The notes beneath the pieces are model-generated. The model searched no databases. It was given only the letters and a program-made list of their open reading frames with translations, and was not told where the DNA came from. Both the position numbers and the translations under genes were made by a program. A stretch of 44,406 nt of DNA. It comes from Chrysochromulina tobinii (lineage: Eukaryota). Shown here piece by piece: positions 32,406 to 41,932 of the stretch (within the stretch, counting starts at the first letter, position 1; each line of letters starts with the position of its first letter). Location: the NCBI GenBank assembly GCA_001275005.1, contig JWZX01003019.1, forward strand, positions 1 to 44,406, given 5' to 3'.

Positions 32406-34360
32406 ATGGCGCGTGAGCTTCTACAAGTCCGTGCCTCTGATGGCGTAACTATCGACCATCAATCCTCGAGCGTGCCGCTGTTGCAACTTCGTGAGCCCGT
32501 GACGCTGGCGTGCGGGCACAATTTTGAGCTGGCGCTCTTGAAGGCACACTTTAGGGCGGGCGCCCACCAATGTCCGGGCTGCGGCGCGCTCGTAGGCATC
32601 GAGGCGGACGAGCTCAGGATCAACGCCGAAGTCCTGCATTTGATCCTGAAGCTGCGGCCGCCGCCGCCGCCTCCACCGGTACCGGGGGCGCAGCCATTGC
32701 AGGTGGTGGCGGGGGACTTGGCTGCGGGCACGGAGAGCCCGTCGCGCGCGGACGCTGCGGCTGCGGCAGTTCTCGCCGGTGTTGCAATGTCGACCGTCGC
32801 CGCTGTCGACCGCAGCTCCAACCTTCGCAGCAGCTTCGGAACCGGCGCTGCCGGCGCCACCTGTGCGCCCTCTCTGCCTCTGGTCGTCAGGGTCGACTCG
32901 GGCAGTAACAAGGGCATGTCGCCGCTTGCGTCGCGCGTGCGTACCGGCCTCCCAACTTCGTACCCCTTTTGCCGCGACTCGGCCCAGGTGGAGGCCGTGA
33001 CGGCGACGTACTTCGCGCGGCAGCTCACGGCGGTCATCGCCCGTAGTCATCAGGGCGAGGCGCTCAGCGAGCTGCCGATCTCGCTGACGAAACGCGTGAT
33101 GAAGCAGGATGCGGTCAACATGCATTTGCGTATGGTGAGCGCCGAGGCCGTCGACTTGATGGCCTGCGGCAACGAGCTCTTCATAGGGCTGGTCACCGAA
33201 CTGGCATGGCATGTGTCCACGTTGCCGGGCAAGCGCGTGACCGTCGACTTACGCGACCTGCAGGTGGGCTGAGTGCCCCAGAGTGCTTCTGAGCGCCCCT
33301 GAGTGCTTCTCTGAGTGCCCCTGAGTGCTTCTGAGTGCCCCTGAGTGCCTCTGAGTGCCCCTGAGTGCTTCCGAGCGCCTCTGAGTGCCTCTCTGAGTGC
33401 CTCTCTGAGTGCCTCCCATGGTTGCCTCTCGCGAGCTTCAGAATGCGGTCAGCTCGACGAGCAAGCTCGACTTTTTGTACGAATTCTCCCTCCAGAGCGA
33501 CCTGCGCGCCGCCGAGTCGCCAGACGGTGGGAGGAGCGTCGAGGAGCAGTTGCGAGCGTTCGACACGCATCGCGAACGCTCGCCAGCTGCCTCGCATCCG
33601 CGCGCGACGCGAGGAGAAGGCCCACGCGCTTGCCAGTGGCAAACTTTCCGGCCGCTCGCATGCATCTCGTCGGCTGCATGCAATGAAACGGCAGCGTGGG
33701 CTTGGGGGGCGCTTCCTCGGGCGTGCTGAGGAAGATGCCGTCCAGATGCTCGTTGGGCAGGGGAGCGATGATGGATCGCTGTCCGCCCTCCGGCGTCTTG
33801 ACAGCGCTGCAAGCTGCGCGAGTGACGCATCGGCCGCAACGTTGGGCAACGGTGCTCAAGATGGTTCGTTCACATGCAAGATGGGGGCGCCGTTGCCGGG
33901 GGCGACATTGCTGGCCGCCGCCGCCGCTGCCACCTGGACGGTCGCGCCCGGCATGGCGCCCGGCTCACCAATGACCCTCGGCGTGCCACGCGCCGAGTTG
34001 AGCTCGTCGGTACCGGTGCATGCTCAGGCCGTCTCCTCGCTCAAGCGCGACCATGCGCATCTCTGCCCGACTTGGGAGGGCCGAGAGGGCGCTCGGGACG
34101 GCGCTCGGGGCGGCGCTCGGGACTGCGCTCGGGACGGCGCTCGCCCGACTTGGGAGGGCCGAGAGGGGGAAGGCTCAGGGGCTAGCATGCCTCTGGCTAG
34201 CGTGCCTCTGGCTGGTGTTGTGCGCAGCCGTCTGCGTGAGAGCGTGCTGAGCGTCCCGGCGCACGACGACGCTGCTCACGACGACGCTGCGCACGAAGTT
34301 CTGACGATCCTCTCCCGTGTGTCGAGTGATCCCGGGCCGTCGACGAGCTACGCAACGGCG

Positions 34361-34396
<36 letters not shown>

Positions 34397-35167
34397 GCGG
34401 CGGCAGTGGTGGCGAAGGCAAGCGCACCAAGGCAAGCGCATGGCGGACCCCGTTTTGAGAGAACAGGCTGCTCGTGGCAATCCCTCGGCGCCGAAAGGGC
34501 GGCTGGGTCCACTGTGGGCGCGCTCGGCGTGCTCGCGGCGGGCGCATTGTATGAGCAACAGCAGCAGCAGCAGCAGCAGCACCGCCATCAGCAGCATCAG
34601 CAGCATCAGCAGCACCAGCAGCACCAGCAGCACCAGCAGCACCAGCAGCACCAGCAGCACCAGCAGCACCAGCAGCACCAGCAGCACCAGCAGCACCAGC
34701 AGCACCAGCAGCACCAGCTCAGCGGCGGCGGCGGCAGCCCGGCTTCTCAGGTCGACCGTGAGCGATCTGTATTCCCACTCGCGAATGTGACACGTGTCAT
34801 GGGTCAGAATCTGCCCGCGGGCACGAAGATCTCCAAGGAGGCCAAGGAGGCCATGTGCGAGATGGCCGTTGAGCTCACGGCCTTTGTCTCGATGGAAGCA
34901 GCCATGCTCGCCGCGCACGAGTCCTCGCGCTCGATCTCGGCCGAGTGCCTCCTCGATGCCTTCAAGAGGCTCGACCTCGGGAGCTTCGCGCCGCCGCTCC
35001 AGATGTGGTTGGTAGGGCGCGCCGTGAAGGCTGAGCCCCAGATGATGCCTGATGCGGCAGCCAACTACACGGCGTCCGCTGTGGCCGATCTGCTCTTTAC
35101 CGAAGTGGAGGATGACGTGAATCAGAACGTCTATCATGACGCGGCCCCTGCCAGGGCCATGGGCTGA
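32406..35167 (+). CDS. Putative single-gene NF-Y: RING/U-box-like + NF-YC histone fold + NF-YA motif + poly-Q/H + NF-YB histone fold (intron 33264-33441; frame discontinuity at ~33490-33565)
   Basis: RING/U-box-like: EPVTLACGHNFE...CPGC. NF-YC: ELPISLTKRVMKQD...SAEA...ELFI..VTELAW....KRVTV...DLQ|NAVSSTSKLDFLYEF. NF-YA: NARQLPRIRARR...HASRRLHAMKRQRGLGGRF. NF-YB: FPLANVTRVM..LP..TKISKEAKE...E...FVSMEA...ISAECLLDAFKRL. Confidence 0.8.
33264..33441 (+). other. Intron filled with (TGAGTGCCTC/TGAGTGCCCC)n decamer repeats
   Basis: cag|GTGGG donor and TTCAG| acceptor; splicing restores the end of the NF-YC fold. Confidence 0.85.
34556..34717 (+). repeat. (CAGCAGCAC)n coding repeat encoding poly-Q/(QQH)n
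   Basis: Tandem repeat seen directly, in frame just upstream of the NF-YB-like domain. Confidence 0.95.
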
Positions 35168-35600
35168 GGTCGCCGGAGGAACGCGCCTCAACCAATGCAC
35201 GAGGGGAGGCACAGGTCAGGCGAGAGGTAATGCGCCCTCCTCTGAGCATGAACGTTTCTCGAGGGTGCCGATGGGGGGGGGGGGCGCGACTGCCGCACCA
35301 CGGAACGTAACGCGCAGGGGAGTGCCGTATCATATGTATACGTGTTCGGACGCCCACGCCAGACGCGCGCGGCACCACCGGAGTGTTGACGAGACCACAG
35401 CACCGCGCACGACAGTGGCGCGGTAACCGCGGTGCGGCGTGCAGTGTGGCCCGCGGCCGTCACCGGACACCGCCCGCCGGGCGATCGCACCAAACCCATT
35501 GCGTTACCGTCGCTTATTATTGCGATGTAGAGCCGACCGGCGCGCCCCGGTGTACCGCACGCGCGGTGTCGGGGTATGCCAAAAGAGTCAGACGCTCCAA

Positions 35601-35626
35601 CCCTAACTCTAACCCTATCCCTAACC
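35601..35626. repeat. Short degenerate interstitial telomere-like (CCCTAA)n tract
   Basis: ccctaa ctctaa ccctat ccctaa cc. Confidence 0.7.
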
Positions 35627-36406
35627 ATAAAGGCGTACAATAAGAGCAACAGAAACAGCCAAAGCCATCGCACGTAGACCGGGCGCAGCTCTCACCGTCA
35701 GGCTTCGGGAGGATGTTGGAGCCAGACCAGACGTCATGGTACCCCACGCCCTTCTGATCGCCTCGTTCGTAGTATTGTACGCCTTATCGAGGGCGTCTTT
35801 CGATGTCTCGATCGACTCGTCCGCGGCCTTGCGAATCTGCTCGAGAGCGCGGCCGTCCCTTTCAGCGCGTTCGATCTGTTCGAAAACGGCACTCGTCATG
35901 TTGGCAATGTCTTCTGCGGCTCTGGTCGAGGACCTTTTTATATCCTCCAGCTTGCTGCAGAAGGCCCCGGACGCGACCGCGAGGGTGCCAGCGAGCGGAA
36001 GCCCCTGCTTGAGGATGCTGAGGAGCTGCCCACGGGCTCCAAGGCTTTGGAGTGTCGCGAAGAGAGATTCCTTCTCAACATTGGGAAAGGTCGCTTGCCA
36101 GGCGGCTGCAGCGCTCTCAGCTTCGACGCCACCCTCGGCGAACCCGAAAGCGGGAATGATGGCAGCAACGGCAGCGAGCAGTGCGGTACCACTGAGCGCC
36201 ACGCCTGCCATTTCATACAGGCACACTGGTGGAACGGTGAAATTGAAATCGAGTTCCATCATCATGAGTTCATCCTCGAGTTCCGTCTGGCTTGATTTGA
36301 TGCAGGCATACACGACGGCCGATGCGCATGCGATGCCCAGGAGCGTGACCCACAGTGCCGATGGTTGATTCCTCGTTGGCCGAGCGAGAAGAGGTTCCGA
36401 TAACAT
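35621..36406 (-). CDS. Membrane protein with an Ifi-6-16/ISG12-like motif
   Basis: AFGFAEGGVEAESAAAAWQA..PNVEKESLFATLQSLGA matches the GF...G(I/V).A.S.AA...(GS)L.A.LQS.GA pattern. Hydrophobic segments occur near both termini. Confidence 0.65.
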   Translation of the reverse strand: MLSEPLLARPTRNQPSALWVTLLGIACASAVVYACIKSSQTELEDELMMMELDFNFTVPPVCLYEMAGVALSGTALLAAVAAIIPAFGFAEGGVEAESAAAAWQATFPNVEKESLFATLQSLGARGQLLSILKQGLPLAGTLAVASGAFCSKLEDIKRSSTRAAEDIANMTSAVFEQIERAERDGRALEQIRKAADESIETSKDALDKAYNTTNEAIRRAWGTMTSGLAPTSSRSLTVRAAPGLRAMALAVSVALIVRLYG

Positions 36407-36802
36407 CAAAGGACGTGCCCGCTCCACACACGCACCCTGGAGGGGAACATCATGATGTTTCGCCCGACGGCAAGGCAAGTCTGCAAGGCAAGTCAAGTCA
36501 AGTCAATGACCACCACTTTGTGAAACTGCGGAAACCATTTACTAGCAGGCTTTTGCCGGGTCTACGACTAGTACATAAGTACGATGTAACGGTACGCAGA
36601 CCGGTACGATACTCTAGGCGTCCTAGGGGGGTTCCGGCGGGTTCGGGGTTCCAATCGCGCCAAACGCGGAAACGCGAACCGCCCCCGCGCCCCGGTGCAT
36701 ACGGCCCCTGGGGTCAACGCCGACCGATGGCGTCGCCCGCCCCTCGTTAGGTACGGTTCAAGGTACGGTCCGGTGAGACAAAAGACAAAGACTTTTCTAC
36801 GA

Positions 36803-37473
36803 CTACGATGCAGTGCCTGGGTCGAATACAGACCGAACCGTGACCGTCTCCTCCTCGTCGTCATCGTCACCCATGGTGGCGGCGGCAGTGGTGGCTCGCT
36901 TCTTGCGCTTCTTTTTACGATCCGAGCGGCTCGGCTCCGCCGCTGCATCCGCACGCTCCGCCGCCTTCTCCACCTCTGCCTCTGCCTCTGCCTCCGCTGG
37001 CTCCGCTGCCTCCGCACCATTCTGCGCCGCCGGCACTAATGGCACTGATGCCTCTGCCACTGCCTCCGCACCATCCGTCGCCGCCGGCACTGATGGCGGC
37101 GGCGGCGCTGATGGCGGCGGCGCTGACGGCGGCGGCGGCACACCGAGAGGCACGAGTGTCAGGGGAGGAAGGGCCATGGCGCCGAGGGTACGGCGCGCCT
37201 TGCGCCCAGTGCGCCGGAGTGTCTCCGCTGCCGCCGCGAGCCGCGCCGCGTGCTGTGCCAGCACCTCCTCGAGCGCAATCAAGCGCTCAGGGACAAGCGC
37301 CGCCGCGTGGCGGATGGCTTCGAGGAGGCGCGCAGGGGCGACCGGCAGGCCGCCTGGCTTGTGGAGCGCGCAGAGCTCCTGATGCTGGTTGAGCACCACC
37401 GTCAGCCTTCCCTCGAGCACCAGCTCCTCGCGATCGGACGGATCCACTACGGATAGCATCTCCGCCGACGCGC

Positions 37474-37504
<31 letters not shown>

Positions 37505-38152
37505 GCCACCGCCGCTGCCGCCGCCGCTTCCGCCGCGGAAGAAGCCGAGGCTGACTGCAACAGGCGTGTGGTGGAAGACGAGCGGCGTCGGCTCGCCTTG
37601 ATCCATCGAGAGCACCGATGCACTCGCCTCGTCACCCACGCCGCTCACCGACACGGGTGGCAGGCGCAGGTGGCGCAGTGCCACGAGCGCCGCAAAGGTG
37701 GCGGCGTCTGTCAGGTTGCCGCGGTCGTCGATCACAGTCACATCGGTGCGCACCGACCATACGTGCTTGCTCGCGACGACGCACAGCGACTCAACGTCGA
37801 TTGCCTGGCTCATGCGCAGCGCGCGGTCGAGGAGCCTCGACATCTCGACTGCTGCCTCGGGCGGCCGCCCTGCCTCGAAGGCGGGTGAGGCCATCGGCGA
37901 GAACTCGACGAAGAACTGAAGCACGCCTTCAGCCGGCCGGTCGGGATACGGCTCCACCAACTCAGCAGTCGCGACAGCAAGCACCTGCGTTGCACCCAAC
38001 TTCACCTGCACACTTCCTGCCACGGAACCGAGCGCCACCAGAAGAGGGCGCGCCTCGAGCGGCCGCCGGCCGTCGACACGCAAGCCGGAGGCGAGCGCGT
38101 TCGTGATGAATCGGGACTCTGAGGTCGATATGAGCGGCGGCGCGTGCTGCAT
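36803..38152 (-). CDS. RRP45: Exosome complex component RRP45 (EXOSC9), RNase PH family
   Basis: GLRVDGR, VKLGATQV, PYPDRPAEG, EFSPMASPAFE, AIDVESLCV...VWSVRTDV..IDDRGN and LHKPGG; extended C-terminal tail. Confidence 0.9.
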
Positions 38153-38384
38153 TTGTTCCGCTCGTGGCAAAAAAGGCGACGTCGCCACACCCTGCAACGC
38201 TTTTTTGGAAAGTAACCTGGTAGGGCCTCAGGTGCCACATGCAGACGTCCCACGCGAAATGCCAAAAGTGTGTCGCGTTACGCCCACAAAGGCGCGTCGT
38301 CGACCGCCTGAATTGTAAGGGCGGATCGCGAACCGCCCCTTGACGCTTGAGCGCTACGCGTTTCGAGGCGAGCCGGGCTCGACG

Positions 38385-39100
38385 ATGCAACAGCGCAGCA
38401 TCGTCGTGCTCATCGTGGCGACGGCACTACCAGCGCCGGTGCGTCCCGAGCCCTTCTGGCAGAGGTGGCAAGACTCGGTGATCGAGCGGCTGGGTGTGAA
38501 CTACTCTTCGTATGTTGCAGCCCAGGTGCACAAGTTTGATCGGAAAGTGGTCATGAATCCGGAAGGTTCGCTGGACACGGACGCCCAATCCAAAAAAACC
38601 ACGAGTGAACACGCAGGCAAGTTTGGCAACCTGCTTCGCGGCGGCGTCAGCAAGGAGTCCATGAAACAGATCGCAGACTACATACGAGCGCATGTGCCAC
38701 TCAGCAAAACATTTGCCCTTTGCCATATGAGTCAATCACAGATTTGAGGTTCAAGCTTTCCGGGACGAGTTCCCGGGAGTTGAAGTGTTGGGCACGGAGC
38801 TCGCACCGATGACCGCCAAGATGAGCCAATGGACCATTAACTGGGACTTCCACGTTGTGAAGCCCGAGTGGCGACACAACGCAGACTTTGTCTACTCAAA
38901 TGCGCTCGACCACTCACCAAATCCAAAGCTTGCTGTCACGCAGTGGATGCGAGAGGTGGCGTCGCACGGTGTGCTCATCCTCGAATGGTCTGAGCATTTT
39001 TCAGGCAGTGGTCGTACATCGGTCACCGATGTGTTCGGCACGACGTTCGCCGGCCTCATCAAGATGGTGACAACGGCCGCCGCCGAGGCGGTGGTTCGCT
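38385..39100 (+). pseudogene. Disrupted class-I SAM methyltransferase-like gene with an N-terminal hydrophobic leader
   Basis: Frame A ends ...FALCH and frame B resumes VNHRFEVQAFRDEFPGVEVLGTELAP...WDFHVVKPEW...DFVYSNALDHSPNP...W...GVLILEW. There is a +1 shift at 38727-38730, and the 3' end runs into a dispersed repeat. The 3' boundary is approximate. Confidence 0.6.
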
Positions 39101-39222
39101 GGGGGCGGCCTCTTCTGAGTCGGCCGCGGGGAGCGGTCGGCTCCGGGCCTGCGGCTGTTGAGTCGGCCGCGGCTTCGGTCGTCGCGCTGACGTGCGGGGT
39201 GCGTGTTGTTGGTGGGTTTGGA

Positions 39223-39327
39223 TGGTTGTGAGGTTCGTCTGTGTGGTCCGTGTGCCTTTGTGCGTCCGCGTGTCCCGTGTGTCCCGTGTGTGTCCCGGCT
39301 CCCCCCGGTGTCTTTTTACCGGTAAGT
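39223..39327 (+). repeat. Dispersed ~100-bp repeat, copy 1 (GGTTGTGAGGTTCGTCTGTGT...(GTGTCCC)n...ACCGGTAAGT)
   Basis: Closely matches the reverse complement of 41933-42020. Confidence 0.85.
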
Positions 39328-39346
39328 GCATGGATTGTGGACTTCC

Positions 39347-40408
39347 ATGCGTGATGCGAAACCACATTTCACCGCGACCACAGATATGCCGACGTCGGCC
39401 ATTGCCACGAGCTCGCCGCAGCGATGCGCCATCTCCAACACCGTGGTCGGCACGGTGGCCTCCGCCTCATACGCGGTTGGCATGCTCAACCTAGCGCAAA
39501 CAGCTCGCAACGTTGGGTTTGCATGCATCGTGGTGATGCCATTCGACTGGTTCGACGAGCTGCGACACGAGCTGATCGCGCCATTACCCGTTGCCTCTCC
39601 ACCACTGCGCCCACGTCCGCTGTGGTGCAACCCACCGTATCATCACCAATATGGCTGGCGACGCTCTCAGCTCTACCGTGCGCGTTTATGGCGGGTTGTG
39701 CTCGAGATGGGACTGGACCTGCTGGCACTCGACCTTGACCACCAACTTGGTAGCATGAATCCCGTCCCATTCCTGCACGCCATCTATGCGCCCTCGGAAA
39801 CTGTGGTATGGGTCCATCCTATTGCAGCAAACGCGCGCGTCCCTGAGCACACGGATGTTGTTGCAATGTGGGATGGACCGAGCAACAGATACCTCAACGT
39901 GGGAATCATGTGGCTGAGGTCAACGGATCGCACACGCGCACTCACCCGACGCTGCGAAAATCGCACCTTTGGGGGCTGGGAGCAAGGCGTCTTCAATGAA
40001 GAGATCAATTTCAACGAGGAGTTAAGCAGCGTACGCTGCTGTCATTCAATGTGCTTCAAGCGGCTCTTTGCCCAGAGCAAGGTTGATAAATTACTGCCAA
40101 CAAAAAGCGCGCAGGGTGATATAGCGCGTCTCAAGGCTGAAGGGGCAGACCGGTGCACTGATGACCAACCGTTCGCCGCCATGCCACCGCGTGGGTCCCA
40201 CGAGGTTCAGGTGAAGCAGTGGACTGGCGTCAACGACACGTTGCGCTCGAAGCACGGATCGAATCGGAAATTTGGCCGCTGCAACCACGAGGGGAATGTA
40301 TGCATAATGCTCAACGCCTCGGGACTGCCCGCTTTCAAAGCCACAGCCGACTCAAACTGCAGCCTTCACTATGGGACGGTGCATCACGGACAATCGCCCT
40401 TGCCGTAG
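39347..40408 (+). CDS. Nucleotide-diphospho-sugar transferase (GT77-like), probably 5'-incomplete
   Basis: LDLLALDLD (DxD), LNVGIMWLRST and WEQGVFN motifs; no N-terminal signal anchor. Confidence 0.75.
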   Translation: MRDAKPHFTATTDMPTSAIATSSPQRCAISNTVVGTVASASYAVGMLNLAQTARNVGFACIVVMPFDWFDELRHELIAPLPVASPPLRPRPLWCNPPYHHQYGWRRSQLYRARLWRVVLEMGLDLLALDLDHQLGSMNPVPFLHAIYAPSETVVWVHPIAANARVPEHTDVVAMWDGPSNRYLNVGIMWLRSTDRTRALTRRCENRTFGGWEQGVFNEEINFNEELSSVRCCHSMCFKRLFAQSKVDKLLPTKSAQGDIARLKAEGADRCTDDQPFAAMPPRGSHEVQVKQWTGVNDTLRSKHGSNRKFGRCNHEGNVCIMLNASGLPAFKATADSNCSLHYGTVHHGQSPLP

Positions 40409-40587
40409 CCCGTGTTAGGTGTTAACACCTCCGTGTGTCGGTAGCTGCATTGGGTAGCTCTGTGTACAGCTCCGGTGTGTTAGTATCCAATCCAATCCGA
40501 TCGGTCCAGCCGGTCGGTCGCAAAAGGCATCACATAAATTGAATAAAATCAAAATTTGTCTGCGCAAACCCGCAAATACACGTCAGG

Positions 40588-41667
40588 TCAACCCTGGGAT
40601 CGAGCACGCTCGACGCTGCGCTGCACGAGCGCGCGCACAGTGGCACGCATCGACTGGTTGTGTGCGTCTTCGACGCCGTACTCGTTCTCGAGGGAAATGA
40701 GGTACGGTGCGCACAACTTCACAGCAAGGTGAGAAGCATCGTCATCTCGCATGGCCACAAGACATGCAAAGGTCTCAGCAACCTGGGAAGAGACGAAATG
40801 ACGCTTAGCAGGGAAGTTGGACTCGCACCAGCCAAAGTAGGAGGTGAGCAGAGACATCCCACGCTGTGCCAGACTCTTATCACCGCTCAGCACCCCGGAG
40901 CGCAGCGCGTCGACACCATCGCTCCACATCTGCAAGACTGCGTCAGTCGCCCCTACCTCATCATCGCCCCCCCTGCAGCGTTCACATTGACAAGTGAACC
41001 GCTTGCGAGCGCTCAGAAGCTTCCGCCGTGACGCACTGGGAAGTAGCAGCTCGTGCGAGTGCAAGTAAGTGAGCAGAATCGGTTCGCCGGCCTTGATAGG
41101 CCTTATGGCGCGGTACACGAGCGCCCCCGTGTTGTTGGTGTGGAACACCACGTTTGGATCACATGAGTGATTAGCCAATGACCCCACAGTGAAGATCGCA
41201 CTTCCCCCGCCACAGTCGTGTGAAGAGAGGAGCCAGGTTGTGATCGCGTGCACGAGATCTAAAGCCTCGCAAGCGGCTGCCGGTGCCCATGCAGCCTGAA
41301 CGCTGTGTACCACGTTTTCAAGGAAGCCAACAAGCCCGATCTCGCCAGGCTCTAGGCCCTCGTCATCGGGCTTGTGAAAGATGGCAAGCATTTCCCGCCG
41401 TCGTGCAACGTCGCATGAAACGTACAGGTTGAGAACGCTGGCGATATGTTGACACATTGCATTCTCTGGATTCGTCTGCATCGCAGCGCATGTAGCTGCG
41501 AGGGCCTCTACACTCTCAGGAGGGCCATCTGGCAACATGTGCAAAGGCTGCTCGGTGAGAACAATCTCACCAGCAGCCCACGATGATACGCTGACGAGCC
41601 CGTTGCCGAATTCCGTCGGCACGCTCAGCAGACCCGGCGCCACACTATTGGCGGTGATGACCGCCAT
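40588..41667 (-). CDS. SET-domain lysine methyltransferase (SMYD/SET5-like)
   Basis: GNGLV....AGEIVLTEQP, LANHSCDPN, AIRPIKAGEPILLTY and post-SET FTCQCERC. Confidence 0.88.
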   Translation of the reverse strand: MAVITANSVAPGLLSVPTEFGNGLVSVSSWAAGEIVLTEQPLHMLPDGPPESVEALAATCAAMQTNPENAMCQHIASVLNLYVSCDVARRREMLAIFHKPDDEGLEPGEIGLVGFLENVVHSVQAAWAPAAACEALDLVHAITTWLLSSHDCGGGSAIFTVGSLANHSCDPNVVFHTNNTGALVYRAIRPIKAGEPILLTYLHSHELLLPSASRRKLLSARKRFTCQCERCRGGDDEVGATDAVLQMWSDGVDALRSGVLSGDKSLAQRGMSLLTSYFGWCESNFPAKRHFVSSQVAETFACLVAMRDDDASHLAVKLCAPYLISLENEYGVEDAHNQSMRATVRALVQRSVERARSQG

Positions 41668-41932
41668 TACCACGTCGACGCGCTGTCGTGAACGTTCTGA
41701 TCGCAGCCTGCAATCTGTCAGTTTCGTCGCGGGCGGTACCCGGCGGTCCCCCCGCGCTCCACTCCACCCTCTCAAAGGACGGCTCCGCACCCCTCGGTCA
41801 ACGCAATTACTGAGTACTCGTTGTGCTCAGCGTCGGCCCGCGCGACGTACGAGTGAGAATTGACGACATGCGTGACGAGCGCTTCACTTGAAGCAATTTG
41901 GGCGCGGGGAACAGCAGACTGAATTTTACATG

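Noticed and set aside
31559..32416. 285-aa plus-strand ORF upstream of the NF-Y locus as an extra exon or gene
   Set aside because: Non-ATG start, antisense to the more plausible Pro-rich ORF, and no recognisable motifs.
33270..33415. Regularly spaced repeats resembling a CRISPR array
   Set aside because: The units are ~10-bp tandem repeats with no unique spacers. They lie inside a eukaryotic GT-AG intron, and no cas genes are present.
34757..35012. Alternative call of the histone folds as NC2 (Dr1/DRAP1), POLE3/4 or core histones
   Set aside because: The PLANVxRxM...KISKEAKE and LDFL patterns, together with the adjacent RGxGGRF NF-YA motif, favour NF-Y. This is not formally excluded without an HMM search.
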